Assembly (NCBI GenBank): GCA_038496445.1
Contig: JALMLS010000166.1
Location: forward strand, 27,275-91,274
Source of the DNA: Trichosphaerium sp. ATCC 40318
Lineage: Eukaryota > Protista > Tubulinea
DNA: 64,000 nt
Reading direction: 5' to 3'
In this document: piece after piece, positions 50,453 through 62,510 of the stretch
Numbering within the stretch: position 1 is the stretch's first letter
How the letters are laid out: each line of letters opens with the position of its first letter
Notes under the pieces: model-generated
Database searches by the model: none
The model's input: only the letters and a program-made list of their open reading frames with translations
What the model was told of the DNA's origin: nothing
Position numbers and translations under genes: made by a program

Positions 50453-52470
50453 ATACTGAGCGTAAGAAACAGTGACACTATTAATAAATACCATTTCTAA
50501 AAGGTTTCTTACAGAACCTCGCATGTGAGAACTTGCTCATGTTGCCCATGTTGTCGTACACAAGGCGCAAAGTAACTATGTTTTTGGTTTAGCACTAGCA
50601 AGCGTACCCGATATCAATATAACGGAGTGTGATCTTACAATTTAATACTTCTGCCAAACGTTGCAACCTTGAATGATACTACACTACAAAGCCAAAAAGG
50701 AAAGTATGATTTTCAAACTCTTATCTCTTTCGTATTAAATTCTCATTTCAGTCCCATATATTTTGCTGATTGGAAAGTTTACGCAGTTTGTAGCTGGATA
50801 ATACTGTACCACAACTGCTAACAATAATTATTATAGATGGTTATGGGCATGTAGAGAATAGATCTGTAGTATACAAACATCAAACAACAGAAACGAAAGG
50901 GATTGGAATGTAAAATGCCTTTTATTTTATACAATAGATATCTAGGTTTTCAGTTAAAGAAGTAGCTACTCCCTACTTTGGTTCGCTTATATTCAATGTA
51001 TCAATAACATTAGTAAACTTTTCCATTGTCATTGTCCAGTCTTTTTCTTCTTCCTCCTACATTAAACATGTTATTTTCACTTAAAACTATTGAACACAAC
51101 TTACAGAGTCTGATAATGAATCGTATCCATCTTTTTTACGTTGTCTGTTTACCTTAGTCCTATCATTCATATTTTTGAATGTACTTGACACCTGTCCAAA
51201 TGCGCCAAAGAATGCTTTTATCAGCTGAAGTAAAATGTCAAATACAATGCTATGTTAAAGTGTCAAACCTCATTTTCATTGAAACCACCTGTTTGATTTC
51301 TTACGTTATCATTGGGATAATCATTAGATCTTGGACGCTTTCTAACACTTGGTTAGCCTACTAAAGAATAAAAAACAATGTACCTAGCGATGTACTCTGG
51401 TTGACTAGTAAACCCAAATTGACGTGTAGGGAGTTTAGTTTCCACGTGAATAATGACAGTACCAATTCGATTTTCAGGTGAATTGTAATACAAATTTACC
51501 TCGAATTTGCCTACGTGAGCAAACTGAAGGTAAATAATTGCCTTAGTTTGAGCATCGTTAGTCTGTTGTTCGCTGCGAAAAAGTCTTTCGAAAGCTCCCG
51601 TTTCGAAAGCTTCGTTCCACTGAGCGGTATTGAGGCCCTTGGAGTATTTCCCTATGCGAAAATTAACTCCAAATCAAGCCAATGGCTCTAAACACAAAAG
51701 AACTTGCACAAGCACGTGATGGAGAAATAAACGTCATTCCAATTGTAAACACCATCGCTTGGTAAGTCTACAATGAGAGGATTATCCTCTGGTATTGAGT
51801 CCTTGAAGGCATACGCCTTGCTTTGTTAGTGAAGGAACTGATCTTTGATAACTTCCACGTACCTGTTCTTTGCCATACCGAGCGCCTTTAGGCATATAGA
51901 TCTCTTTGACGTTAACTCTAAAACCATACAGTAGGTTGTAGCCTAGTTTACAATAAAACACATCAGTACACTCAGAGATAATAAAACATGCGTACCAGGC
52001 TCCATTTTGATAGGAGGAACTCGTTTGTGTTAAAAAAATAAAAAGTTTTGACAGGTCAAGAATATTCTGAACGGGCGGTTTTTCGATATTCATTTCTGTT
52101 GTCACGTGTGCTGTGGTCATTGTTAGTAATGGATAGTCAACAATTGAACATACACTCTAGTTAGTTTGAGTTATGACAGCGTCATTTATTTTTCAACGTG
52201 ATCGTTGGACTAGCAGAGATAGTATACCAGCTAATAGGTAGAAAAAAGTAGGCCTAGGATTAGTACAGTAGACATGTTTGGATGGTTGTAATACTGAAAA
52301 TATTGAAAGAAATTTACCAGTAGTTCGATACTGTGTTGGCAAGATATGCCTTTTTATAGAATGGTGTCACAGTAGGGTACAAATATTGGGTGTACAAAAA
52401 CTAAACTATTTTTAAGTAACATGTTTATTACAGAGAGTTACAAGAGCATTACATAAAAGTCAAGTTGCTT

Positions 52471-53439
52471 TTACATGCTTCTACTTCTTTTTCGTTTCAT
52501 CATGAGACTTTGATGGTTGCTGAATGTGACTGTCATATGACCTGAATTTGATGTGTGTACTTGATAGTAATGCATTGTAGCAAAGCGCTCTAAGCTTGAT
52601 AATGACTTGAGTGCTTGAAAGCTAGTTTGAGCATAAACTGTTTTCACTTCAACATTTCGTATTTTTTTCCAATTGTTGATGATTATAGGTGATAGAAAAT
52701 CTCCATAAGTATCACTAAGTGATGTGAACATTCCTCTAAAGTAGAAAGTTTGGATATTAGGAATAGATTTAAGAAGCCATGAACAAGACTTGCAAACATC
52801 AATACCATTAACTTTCAAAGAAAGAAATGTCACATTTTCGAAAACACGATCATCCATCGCTATAAAGTCAAAGCCATCTGTTTCATCGATACTATTTTCT
52901 TCTATTCTAATATATTCAACATGTGGCGATTGTTTTAATATCTCATAAAGGCAATATAGAGCCCTTGTATACTTAAAGTCTACCCTTGTTAGATTGTTTA
53001 ATTCGACAGTAGTTACAGCCTTTAAAACTGGTCTTCTAAAGCCACCAGTTAGGTATGAAACACAAAGCCACTGTAAAGAGTTTGGTGTAGCTATTAAAAT
53101 ATCTTCAAGAGGTATAGAACCAGTGCTGATCATAGCTTCTGGATTTTCAAGTGAAAAATGCGAAAAATTCCGGATAGAAAGCTTTACCATTGGTTTGAAG
53201 AGCGCGCTTAATGTTGACTTGTATTTTGGGTCTATGTGCGCACAAACGTAGTCTACACACAAAGAAGTGTTGTTGTAGCTTTCCTCTTCCTTTACAATAT
53301 CTCTAAGGTTTACAATGCGTTGAGGCTTTAAATAATAGATAGAATACCATTCTTTACATACAATACAAGATTTAGCACGTGTTCTAAGCGAAAAATAATC
53401 CAGTTTAAGATAAGCAATTAATTTGCTTGGTTTTCTCAA
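52471..53439 (-). CDS. Intronless hypothetical protein, possibly RNI/LRR-like
   Basis: 322-aa open frame with LxxL-type spacing (PNSLQWLCV, PHVEYIRI, PNIQTFYF, LSSLERF); the ORF starts at TTG, so the start is uncertain. Confidence 0.45.
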   Translation of the reverse strand: MRKPSKLIAYLKLDYFSLRTRAKSCIVCKEWYSIYYLKPQRIVNLRDIVKEEESYNNTSLCVDYVCAHIDPKYKSTLSALFKPMVKLSIRNFSHFSLENPEAMISTGSIPLEDILIATPNSLQWLCVSYLTGGFRRPVLKAVTTVELNNLTRVDFKYTRALYCLYEILKQSPHVEYIRIEENSIDETDGFDFIAMDDRVFENVTFLSLKVNGIDVCKSCSWLLKSIPNIQTFYFRGMFTSLSDTYGDFLSPIIINNWKKIRNVEVKTVYAQTSFQALKSLSSLERFATMHYYQVHTSNSGHMTVTFSNHQSLMMKRKRSRSM

Positions 53440-53964
53440 AGAAGTATCGTATTGAAGTTAACCTTGCAGAATAATACATCGTTTGTGTTATGGGTTGGGG
53501 AACATGTACTTGACCTATACTGACTGAGTATGTACGACCTGACATAGTGCTATTTTATGCTAGTACTTAGCTTATTGTTTAGAACGGCTCCTCATTTGGC
53601 ATGCTTGTGATTTTCTGATCTTACGATCATGTTAAGTACTCTGATAGTGTCACTAAAGCATAGTTACAGAGTCGCCCAAGGGCTACCATCCACGTAGCAT
53701 TCAAAAAACAACTAAGCACTAGTATTAAATTAAAGCTATGTCAGGTCATATCTAAGGCATTTTTAAATACTCTTCAAGGTCATATTCAGTATGTTACTTT
53801 ATTGTTGACAGATTATACATTCTGAAAAATGTAAGTAGTTAATAGCTATTCCGGATTCAATGTTTAAGAGATGTAGCTGTACGATATAGTACTATCCTTG
53901 TACAAGTCTTTTCACCTGGTCTCTTGACTTCACAAAGAGCTTCTCTGTATTTTGTTTTTCATGT

Positions 53965-54573
53965 TTAACAATAAAAACTTAGGGGATACTCTCTACATTC
54001 TTCGAGTACACCATTGACATAAGTAAATTGCTTCCATAGTTTGCCATTGTAATGCCACTCTTTAAACTCTCCTTCAAGCTTTCCATCATTATAGTTACTT
54101 ATCTTATACACCTTGCCATCTTCATGCCACTCTTTACACTCTCCTTGAAGTTTGTCATTGACATAGCGACAAAACTTGCATAGTTGTCCATCCCTGTACC
54201 ACATTTTGAACTCTCCGTCTAGTTTATCACAAACATAAAAGCAGTGCTTCTTAATATTACCTCCAGGATACCACTCCTTATACTCACCATTGTATCTACA
54301 ATTAAAAAACCGGCAATATAGTAGCAATTGACCTGAATCATACCAACACTTGTAATCTCCATGCGCTTTACCATGCATGTAACGAATTTGACTTACAATT
54401 ACAATCCTAGATTTAGAGGTTCTCTTATATCGTGACCACTTGCCGTGTTTGTTCAATTCAATATCAAACCTTGTTGTAGCCGCTGTGTACCTTGATAATA
54501 GAGGCCATTTAATATACGATTCGCCGTCTGTGTCTATGATATCAAGGTGTATCTCAACTGGCAGTTGAAACAA
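53965..54573 (-). CDS. Intronless F-box-like + MORN-variant (YwqK-like) repeat protein
   Basis: LPVEIHLDII..; repeats HGDYKCWYDSGQL, NGEYKEWYPGGNI, DGEFKMWYRDGQL, EGEFKEWHYNGKL; no in-frame ATG immediately upstream. Confidence 0.8.
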   Translation of the reverse strand: MFQLPVEIHLDIIDTDGESYIKWPLLSRYTAATTRFDIELNKHGKWSRYKRTSKSRIVIVSQIRYMHGKAHGDYKCWYDSGQLLLYCRFFNCRYNGEYKEWYPGGNIKKHCFYVCDKLDGEFKMWYRDGQLCKFCRYVNDKLQGECKEWHEDGKVYKISNYNDGKLEGEFKEWHYNGKLWKQFTYVNGVLEECREYPLSFYC

Positions 54574-55229
54574 ATAACAGCTATTTTCATCTACTGACGT
54601 ATTCTACTCTCTTTGTCAGTCACGTGACTTTAAACTAAACTTGTAACAATAATATACCGGTGAATCAATGTGTCGCTTTGTAAACGATGCCATCGTTGTG
54701 GCGGCGTTGATAAACAGAAATTACATTCAAAGAACTATCACTGTATTGTTATTTTTAGATCATTTTCATGTAATCACCGCTGTTTGACACGGGCTAATAC
54801 ACTAATTGTGTTTTGCCCGATTCATAGAACTCAAATGATAGTATATTGCAATTGTTTGCTGTTTTAGAATGATAGCTGTTACAGTATTTCAAAAACATCA
54901 AAGAGACTATGTATAATGTTCGTTTTTGTATTTGCCTTCATGTGTAACCTTCATATCAGTTTTTAACAGTTGCTGGTGTTCAATGAAACGGAAATTTCAA
55001 CCCAATGCAAAGACACTACAACATACTAAGTACTTTACTTTTATTTGTCTACCCGCCGGGACTGACCCATTCTTAAGCAAGCCTACATTGGTGATCACTA
55101 AGGGTTGACATTTGGAGTTGCACCAAACCAATCTTCCACGTGTATATATGACTAGGACACCAACTACTTGATGGACCGTAACAGTGAAGGAGTGATCCGC
55201 CCTGTGCTTTTTATAGTATTATTTATATG

Positions 55230-55400
55230 TATTTTTTTTTAGGAAGCTCAACTGAGTTCCAGGGTTTGTTGTAGGAGACGAACCAGGGTCCCAACCTGGT
55301 CCAGGCCGCAAATTTTACCGGACTTACAAGCATTCAACCGGGATTGAACCCGCGACTGACTAACCAGTCGGACACTCAACCTTGGTCTCAACAACATACT
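55230..55400 (-). mobile_element. Possible tRNA-derived SINE or Pol III ncRNA
   Basis: GC-rich island with T-arm/B-box CGGGTTCAATCCCG, hairpins, and an A-run at the 3' end; no complete cloverleaf. Confidence 0.35.
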
Positions 55401-56014
55401 ATGATGTGCGCAAATTATAGATGAAGATGTGACATTTCAAGCAGTTTTTGATGGACTAGACAAGGCTGACAATACAAAATCAGACATGGCGAGTAGCAAA
55501 CAATCAAAAGCTCCACCCTAAATAAAATCCGTTTTTTGTTTCCAGCCTTTTTATTTCAAAAACATTGCAAATCGCACCAGTTACCAATACACCAACTCAT
55601 GTGGCTACACCAGAGCCACTAACTTTCCTCCCTTCATTTGGGTTTTTGTTAAAGTGTTTGCAGGTCTCTACAACCTTTTCGACATGTGCCTAGACTCAAC
55701 TCATAACTATAAAAGATTAGGGAAGTGAGAGCTGTTTATTGTATAACCAAATTTTAAGGCGGAAGCATGAAAGTGTTGTGAAGATGATGAGATAACTGTT
55801 TATATTTGTTGTGAAAGAAATACATCCTTGCTAACTTCTCCGTCTAGACATTAGACCCTTGTGCACCCATGTTTTCTTCCGTTGCGGTTATTCACTATAT
55901 TTACTGTTCCTGGCAGAACACAAATTGTCTTTGTTAGAGTTTGCAGCGAAAAGTTGCTTGAACACGTGTTCATTTTTGTGAGTTTAAAGCACAAAATCTC
56001 CTCATAAACGCAAT

Positions 56015-57815
56015 ATGGGCGTCACCACTCTCCTCTTGTTAATCACTATTGTGTGCTCTTCTGAATGCGCAGTAAACGTATTATCAGGACCTAGCTTAGG
56101 AAGAAAAATACGTTCATCTCAATGGCAAAATAAGCAATCTTTTGTAAAACCAACAAATTACTCACTTGTCCGATATAAAAGTGGATTAAAAGGTACCTAT
56201 TTTGAAATTGTATAACACCTTTTATCGCTCAAATTACGCAACACTAACACTCTTAACATTACAGGTGACGCTGTGTTACTTTTACACTCGGAGTTAAGTA
56301 GCAGATCGATAATAGAGTCTAGTAAAGAGTACAAGGCATTAGTATTAGCGTGGTCCAATGATTACATGAGTCCTGGGTGTTCCATGTATTTTTTTTACGG
56401 TAAATGACCTCACATCACGTGCTTGTTCGAACAATTTTGAAGATGTTTCTAATTTTGGTTTCTAGAACAATCGTCACGTGATTTGACAGTACCAATAATA
56501 GAAATTAATCCAGATGAAGTTCCAGAGTTATTTTCGAATGATAGTGTTCTTATTACCATAACACCAGGTACGTAGCAAGTATCATAACTAAAAATCAGCC
56601 GTAAAAAGCTAAAAAGATTGTTTTTTTCGAATAGGCGAAAACAAATGCTACGAGTACTTTACAAGTGGTTGGCATACATTTTTTCAAGTAACACTATCTA
56701 TATTTTGCTTGGGTGTTGTGGGACTATGTTTGGTGAGGTACATAATCCAGAAATAATGTAACCTAAAAACAGCACGTTAAAACTTATCGTACATATAGAT
56801 TGTACCAGCACTATGTTAATAGAGCTTGTGGAATATCTTTGGCTATTATTGCAATAAGCATAGAACTCTTCGCAAGTGCACGTGCGTATATTCTAGTTCT
56901 TTTTTATAAGTATTTACTAACAGAGCTTATAAGTGAAACTTATTAGTATTGTCAACTTTTTGGGATCTCGTCGTTTGTATCACTATCAAGCAGATACCTT
57001 TTTTCTTACTCTTAGTACACCTTTTACTACAATCACAAATGTGATGATAACAATGTTTTGGTAAGGAAATACATAACCTCCGTTTTCAGGTAGTAACAGT
57101 TTGCAATTAGGCATGAAGCTCTTGTTTATAAAGGAGTAGTTGTACATAAGTTCTTGCACTCAAGGCTATTCAGAGCACTCTTTGTAGTATTATTCTCTCT
57201 GCTTGTTGTTATGGAACTCATTGCATCTATTGCTCGTATAGCTACTAACCAGTCTCCTCGTGCTGTAACACTGTTACCTCATGTACTTAATTTTGCTACT
57301 AATTTCGCCACATTGATCTACAGCACTTTCATCCTCAAGCACGTGCGTGATTTCTTCAACAATCCAAAGCTATCTATGCTTAAGTAATGTATAGGTATAT
57401 GATAAGGTTTCTGAAGGAACTAAAGACAAGCCGTCATCATCTGAGAAAATGATAAAAAAAGTACACTAGCAATGATCTAAAATTAGCCAAGCCACCTAAT
57501 CTGTTTTAGATACGAACACGTATGGTTGCCAACACCATACTACTGTCGTTACTTCTTATCGTTATTGTAATTTTAGCTATACCTCCACCAAAGAATACAG
57601 CTGTTATTGCAACAACGTTGAGTACAGGTACACTATATGCTCTTCAAATGGGATTGTCTTTCTTACAGGTAAGAATGTACATTGAGTATGTTCTAACTTG
57701 TTGTGAAAAGGTGTACTCATTCCAAGCCCCTATAAAACCTAAGAAGGCAACTGAACAGTATGTGGCGACAACTAAGAAACAAATGAAAGAATCTATTGAC
57801 AATACAGATGATTGA
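56015..57815 (+). CDS. Signal peptide + PA-like extracellular domain + 7TM (GPCR-like) protein, multi-exon
   Basis: MGVTTLLLLITIVCSSEC signal; YKALVLA..PG..M..; VPIIEI; about seven hydrophobic helices in the downstream exons. Confidence 0.65.
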
Positions 57816-58061
57816 ATGTTACTACACAGTAAAATCTGATTTGGTTTTATATCGGAATAGTTTCTGTACCTACAAGATTATTAAAGCTTGAACTGTAAAA
57901 CCCCACAGAAAATGTTGAGCGCAACGTGTCAAAGCCCCGTAGCGTATTTGCACGGTGATAGTTTTGGTCTTCTTGAAGCACCCTCCAACACACCCAACAA
58001 GACTAGTTTATGTTCACTGAACGCCTGACTTGAAGTAAGTAATTGTTAACTGCAAACGCCC

Positions 58062-58701
58062 ATGGAGGTTCCTGTAGAAATTTAGCATTTTATTTTTGCG
58101 CTATTGAAGCAATCTGTTGTGGATCAACGTAATTTGGTAAATACATGCAAGTTTATAGCTCAAGCGATGCCATCTTTACAACCACGTACAGAAATACACG
58201 TAATAAAACGAGAGGTAGCGTTAATCATGTTTTCAGCCTCCGTACGTCTGTCAATAAACAAAACGCACCTAGATGATGTATGTGCACCCTGAAGACCGCG
58301 AAAAGATGCTAAATAGCCTAAAAACAAGCCATAGGTTTGGTTTATATACTCTACCTTCCGTTTCAAGGTTTTTAAAGCGATTGCTTGTAGTACGGCATTC
58401 CTCGTTCCTAAACTGATCTAATACTTATCTTAAGAGTACCGGCGATGAACGTACTCTTGTGTCAATGCTAATTAAGCATCATTACGACACTTGGGACTCA
58501 ACAAAGTTTAGCGCAAAGGAAGTTTTTGTAGAAAAAACAATAAGAGTTTTAAAGGACTGGGTTGCTGTTGGTACTGTGTCTATTGATAGTATTGAATCTT
58601 TTATTGATTTAGCCAATACTGATAATATATCTTGGAATGCTAGATTGTATATATTGGAATGGATTAAGAAAGAGCGCAGGCAAAAATTGCTTGATGAATA
58701 A
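58062..58701 (+). pseudogene. Decayed F-box gene
   Basis: MEVPVEI*HFIFALL..DQRNLVNTCK: F-box-like with an in-frame TAG, and further stops downstream. Confidence 0.5.
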
Positions 58702-59170
58702 ACTTTTTTTCCTTTTTATTTCTTACTATTTTTGATTGCTATGTCCTATGCCTCTAGTTTCTTAGTTGGTACGAGAACAGTTCCTGTTGTATGCAATCCT
58801 GTTTGATGTTAAATTTATTGTTTGTGTTTTTCTGTTATTGTATGTTGTAATTTAGTATGGTGGGTGATAATCCGAAGAGACGATGCAATCAAATAATAAA
58901 AAAGGCTTAAAAGAGAAATACAATTTCGTATTTTAAGTCTTGTAACAATAACTTCAATAGTCACTGCTACACAGGACAATGAATCATAACTGACGAGATA
59001 ACAAGTGGTGTTGTATAGGTATTAATAAGTAAGGTTTATATGTATACATAAGTTATGGGTAGCTATAGCGTTATATCCTGAGTAGTACTAAACAACACTT
59101 AAATTATTGGAATTTTCTCTTGCACGACATGTGCAAGGTTCAGGTTTTATTTGTAAGTCAACATAAACTG

Positions 59171-60232
59171 TTACTTTTTACGAAGTAAACGGTCAATAAA
59201 ATCACCTGAAGTTTCGTCAAAAAACGTTACAGAAGGAACACCCTTCAATGCTTTTATGCCAGCTTCTGTAACTTGTTTACAATTATCCACAACAATAGTA
59301 TTAACTCCAGTTAATGCTTTGATACCATCATTCGTAACACTCTCACAATGCCATAGTTTAATTGTATGAACACCAGACAATGCTCTGATGCCATCGTCTG
59401 TAATATGTGCCATGCTTAAGTCAATTGTATGAACGCCTGCTAGTGCCTTGATTCCATCATCTGTAACAGAGTCACAATAAAATAGTCTGATTGTATGAAC
59501 ACCAGACAACGCTTTAATACCATCATCTGTAATATGGTTGAAGCTTAAAGAAATTGTATGAACACCCAATAATGCTTTGATGCCGACATCAGTAACATAT
59601 TTACAACTGCACAAAGAAATTGTATGAACACCAGCCAATGCCTTAACACCATTGTCTGTAACACTACAGCCATAAAGTTTAATAGAATGAACACCAGCTA
59701 ATGCTTTAATACCATCGTCTGTAACATTTGTACATTTGCTTAAGTCAATCGTGTGAACACCAGACAACGCTCTAACGCCCTTATCTGTCACATTTGCGTT
59801 CCATAATAAAATCTTGTGTACTCCAGCAAGTTGTACAAGGTGATCATCAGTAACATACTTACAATTAAAGAGGTCAATACAGTTAACAATGTTGAGGTTT
59901 GTAAAATCAACCTTCAGCAAGTCTTTTCTCTTTAAACTTAGATCGTATACTCCTTGTAGATACTTTAGATGCTTTTGCTTGATGGAGAATCGAAGAGTAA
60001 TACTATTGGTGTGTATGAGGTGTGGTAGTTTTTTGAAGAGCTCTTTCAGCTTTTTTGGTGTTTTAAGGACGATTTCTCTTGTGTTTACGTATCCCACGTG
60101 ATTTATTGCGATATTTGATAAAAGTTTGGATGTACGAACAACTGAGTGCATATTTAAGAGCGAGACATATTGTAGAATATGAACAATGACTTCAACAGGT
60201 ATCTCTTCAAAGAATGCGCTGTTTTGGTTCAT
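59171..60232 (-). CDS. Intronless F-box + LRR protein
   Basis: MNQNSAFFEEIPVEVIVHILQY, then GVHTIDL..C..VTDDGIKAL repeats; paralogue of 36671 and 62511. Confidence 0.9.
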   Translation of the reverse strand: MNQNSAFFEEIPVEVIVHILQYVSLLNMHSVVRTSKLLSNIAINHVGYVNTREIVLKTPKKLKELFKKLPHLIHTNSITLRFSIKQKHLKYLQGVYDLSLKRKDLLKVDFTNLNIVNCIDLFNCKYVTDDHLVQLAGVHKILLWNANVTDKGVRALSGVHTIDLSKCTNVTDDGIKALAGVHSIKLYGCSVTDNGVKALAGVHTISLCSCKYVTDVGIKALLGVHTISLSFNHITDDGIKALSGVHTIRLFYCDSVTDDGIKALAGVHTIDLSMAHITDDGIRALSGVHTIKLWHCESVTNDGIKALTGVNTIVVDNCKQVTEAGIKALKGVPSVTFFDETSGDFIDRLLRKK

Positions 60233-60437
60233 TTTTCTGTATACTAGTGAGAAGTAGTTTCTAAGCTAAAGCTGAACGGTTTTAGGTAAACTTAAGCTAG
60301 CAATTGTATTTTTGTGTTAAGTCAAACCGCTGTACTTGATTTACAACACAACTATTGTCTGTCGCAAGCAAGTTTGCGGAGAAAACCAAGCCTGCTACCT
60401 AGCTTGTGCCTTAATATCATTGTCGCCTTGTTACAAT

Positions 60438-61640
60438 TTGACACTTCTGTCAAATGGTGTAGAACTATCACAATGTGCACTATTTGCCTGCCATTAATCA
60501 CAATGCTGGCATAGTACAACGTACGTCCCTTAAGTGATAAACACATTTTGAGCATTCCACCAAACACAGACGATGCCTCAAACACTTTGCTTTAAAAATC
60601 AACGTACGCGTATATAACTTACAAGCTACGCTAGTACCTACTCCACACTAACAGAAGCGCTCTCGCAGCATTCAAATAACAAAGCAGTTATATTGACATA
60701 AAAACCTCTCACAACAGTACCAACGTTGCTGTGGGTCAATATGTTAGTAAAACTTTTCGGTAGATTTGTTAAATCATGTGTCCACCTGCAAAAAATCATC
60801 ATAAACCATACTATATTGCTTTACACGCTCAACAAAGCTACGCTCTTAACTACACGGCATGCACATAACTAGAAGGTAAAAGAAGCAAATTGACAAAAAA
60901 ACTTCAAAATCAAAATAGCATCAAGAAAGTTATACTTATTTATAGTTGATTCTAGTGATGAATAGAATACTGAATCTATTGCCAAGATGTGAAAAGTTGG
61001 CAATAGTCGATTCTATTCCGATTCGGTTTTCAGAAGAGCGACTGTATTGTCTGTTTCAGTCAAGTTTTACTAATATTTTCTAGAAAGTGAGTTTTTAGCA
61101 CTTTTAGCAGATCTAGCAAGATCTGACACTTCTGTCAAATGGTGTAGATATATCACAATGTGAACTATTTGTGTTACAATGTTGTCCTTCATTGTATGAC
61201 ATAGGTACCTTACGGTAAGTGATAGCAAAATTTTCAATGTAAGTTTCAACAGACCATGGAAGATGATCGCAGTATTTCACCTACGCCAACTGTACACGGT
61301 ACGATCAAACCACAAAGGTGTTCAATGCGCTAAAAGCGAATTAAAAAGGTATGATGTCCTACAAAGCTATCGCATTACCAAACACGGTATGAATGCCTCA
61401 AAACACTGTTTGCTGTATGTTTTGCTTCAAAAAATCAACGTACGTGTATAACTTACTAGCGCTACGCTAGCGCCTACCCCACGCTAACAGAAGCGCTCTG
61501 GTAGCATCCAAGCAGCAATGAAGGTGTAACAACGTCAAAACCGCCCCAAAACACCGCCAGCGTTGCTGTAGGCTTTGTAAACGCCGCTAGGCGTCAAATA
61601 TGTAAATAAAAAAGTTTGCTCTGGGTTTGTTAAATCACGT
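60438..61640. repeat. Diverged direct repeat pair (~60438-60780 and ~61125-61640) between divergent F-box-LRR genes
   Basis: Shared blocks TGACACTTCTGTCAAATGGTGTAGA.TATCACAATGTG, AAAAATCAACGTACG.GTATA, GCTACGCTAG..CCTAC.CCAC.CTAACAGAAGCGCTCT, CGTTGCTGT and TTTGTTAAATCA.GTG. Confidence 0.85.
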
Positions 61641-61861
61641 GGGTTTGAAACGGTTGGATTCACTGGACAGGCGGGTAGATCACATTTAAAAAAATGACAA
61701 TTTGCAAGATCTGTCAGAAGTGTCAAATCCGTCAGATCGGACAGATCGGGCAGAAACTGGATTTTTTTTGCTAAAAGTCAGTCTGTCTCAAAACTTGAAT
61801 GAAACAGACAATAATAAGACTACTAGTGTTTTTCATGGCGAGTATAAGCGTTGGTTTGATA

Positions 61862-62013
61862 CAGAATACCGGTTATAAGTCCTCGACTATTTTAGGAGCT
61901 GCACCAGCGCTTTCCAGTTTCGTAAGTCTTAACATGAGTATGTATGTGTACTGAGAGATTATCAAATCGCTACAATGGAAGCAGAACCAAGGGTTTTAAG
62001 TTGTGTTTGCCCC
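61862..62013. repeat. Inverted copy of the 15757-16060 non-coding repeat
   Basis: Reverse-complement match; lacks the internal duplication seen at 15.9 kb. Confidence 0.85.
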
Positions 62014-62510
62014 TAGCTGGCTTGCCAGTTCGAGACATTAATCATCACATGTATTTCCAAAAAAAAAACTCAACACGTGATAACAAGTAAACAAACAAAA
62101 AAAACCCCTTCATCTGTAACGTGCAGCGTCACCATGTTCAGTATGCATTCTTTCCAAGTATTTCCACGAAGATATTTATTGTGAACTTTGACGAAATACA
62201 CAAATGTATTCTCTGAATGTATTACGTATGTCACTAATAAATTACGCTACTATCCTACAACTAAGGCCACGTCTCTCTTACACGTATTTTCATATTTCGT
62301 GTGCCCTTTAACGTTTCAACATCACTTGTGGGACTGTAAAAAAAACCTAAAATCCAAAAATCATTCCCAAAATATTCGTTTTTTCTTCTTGTAGAAAAAC
62401 CACGTGGTTCCCTGGTCAATCGCAGTTTTGCCGGCTATAGTTACGCTCCCACTTACTTGAAATTGTTTCTAGGCATATCGCCTGCTACCTGTAGTACTAA
62501 GGTGCACAAA

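Noticed and set aside
50940-52120. Possible minus-strand gene remnants
   Set aside because: Exon-like pieces are present but interrupted by stops, and I could not assign any family.
55330-55400. Functional tRNA (including tRNA-Sec)
   Set aside because: Only the T-arm is convincing; I could not fold an acceptor stem, D-arm or 7-nt anticodon loop.
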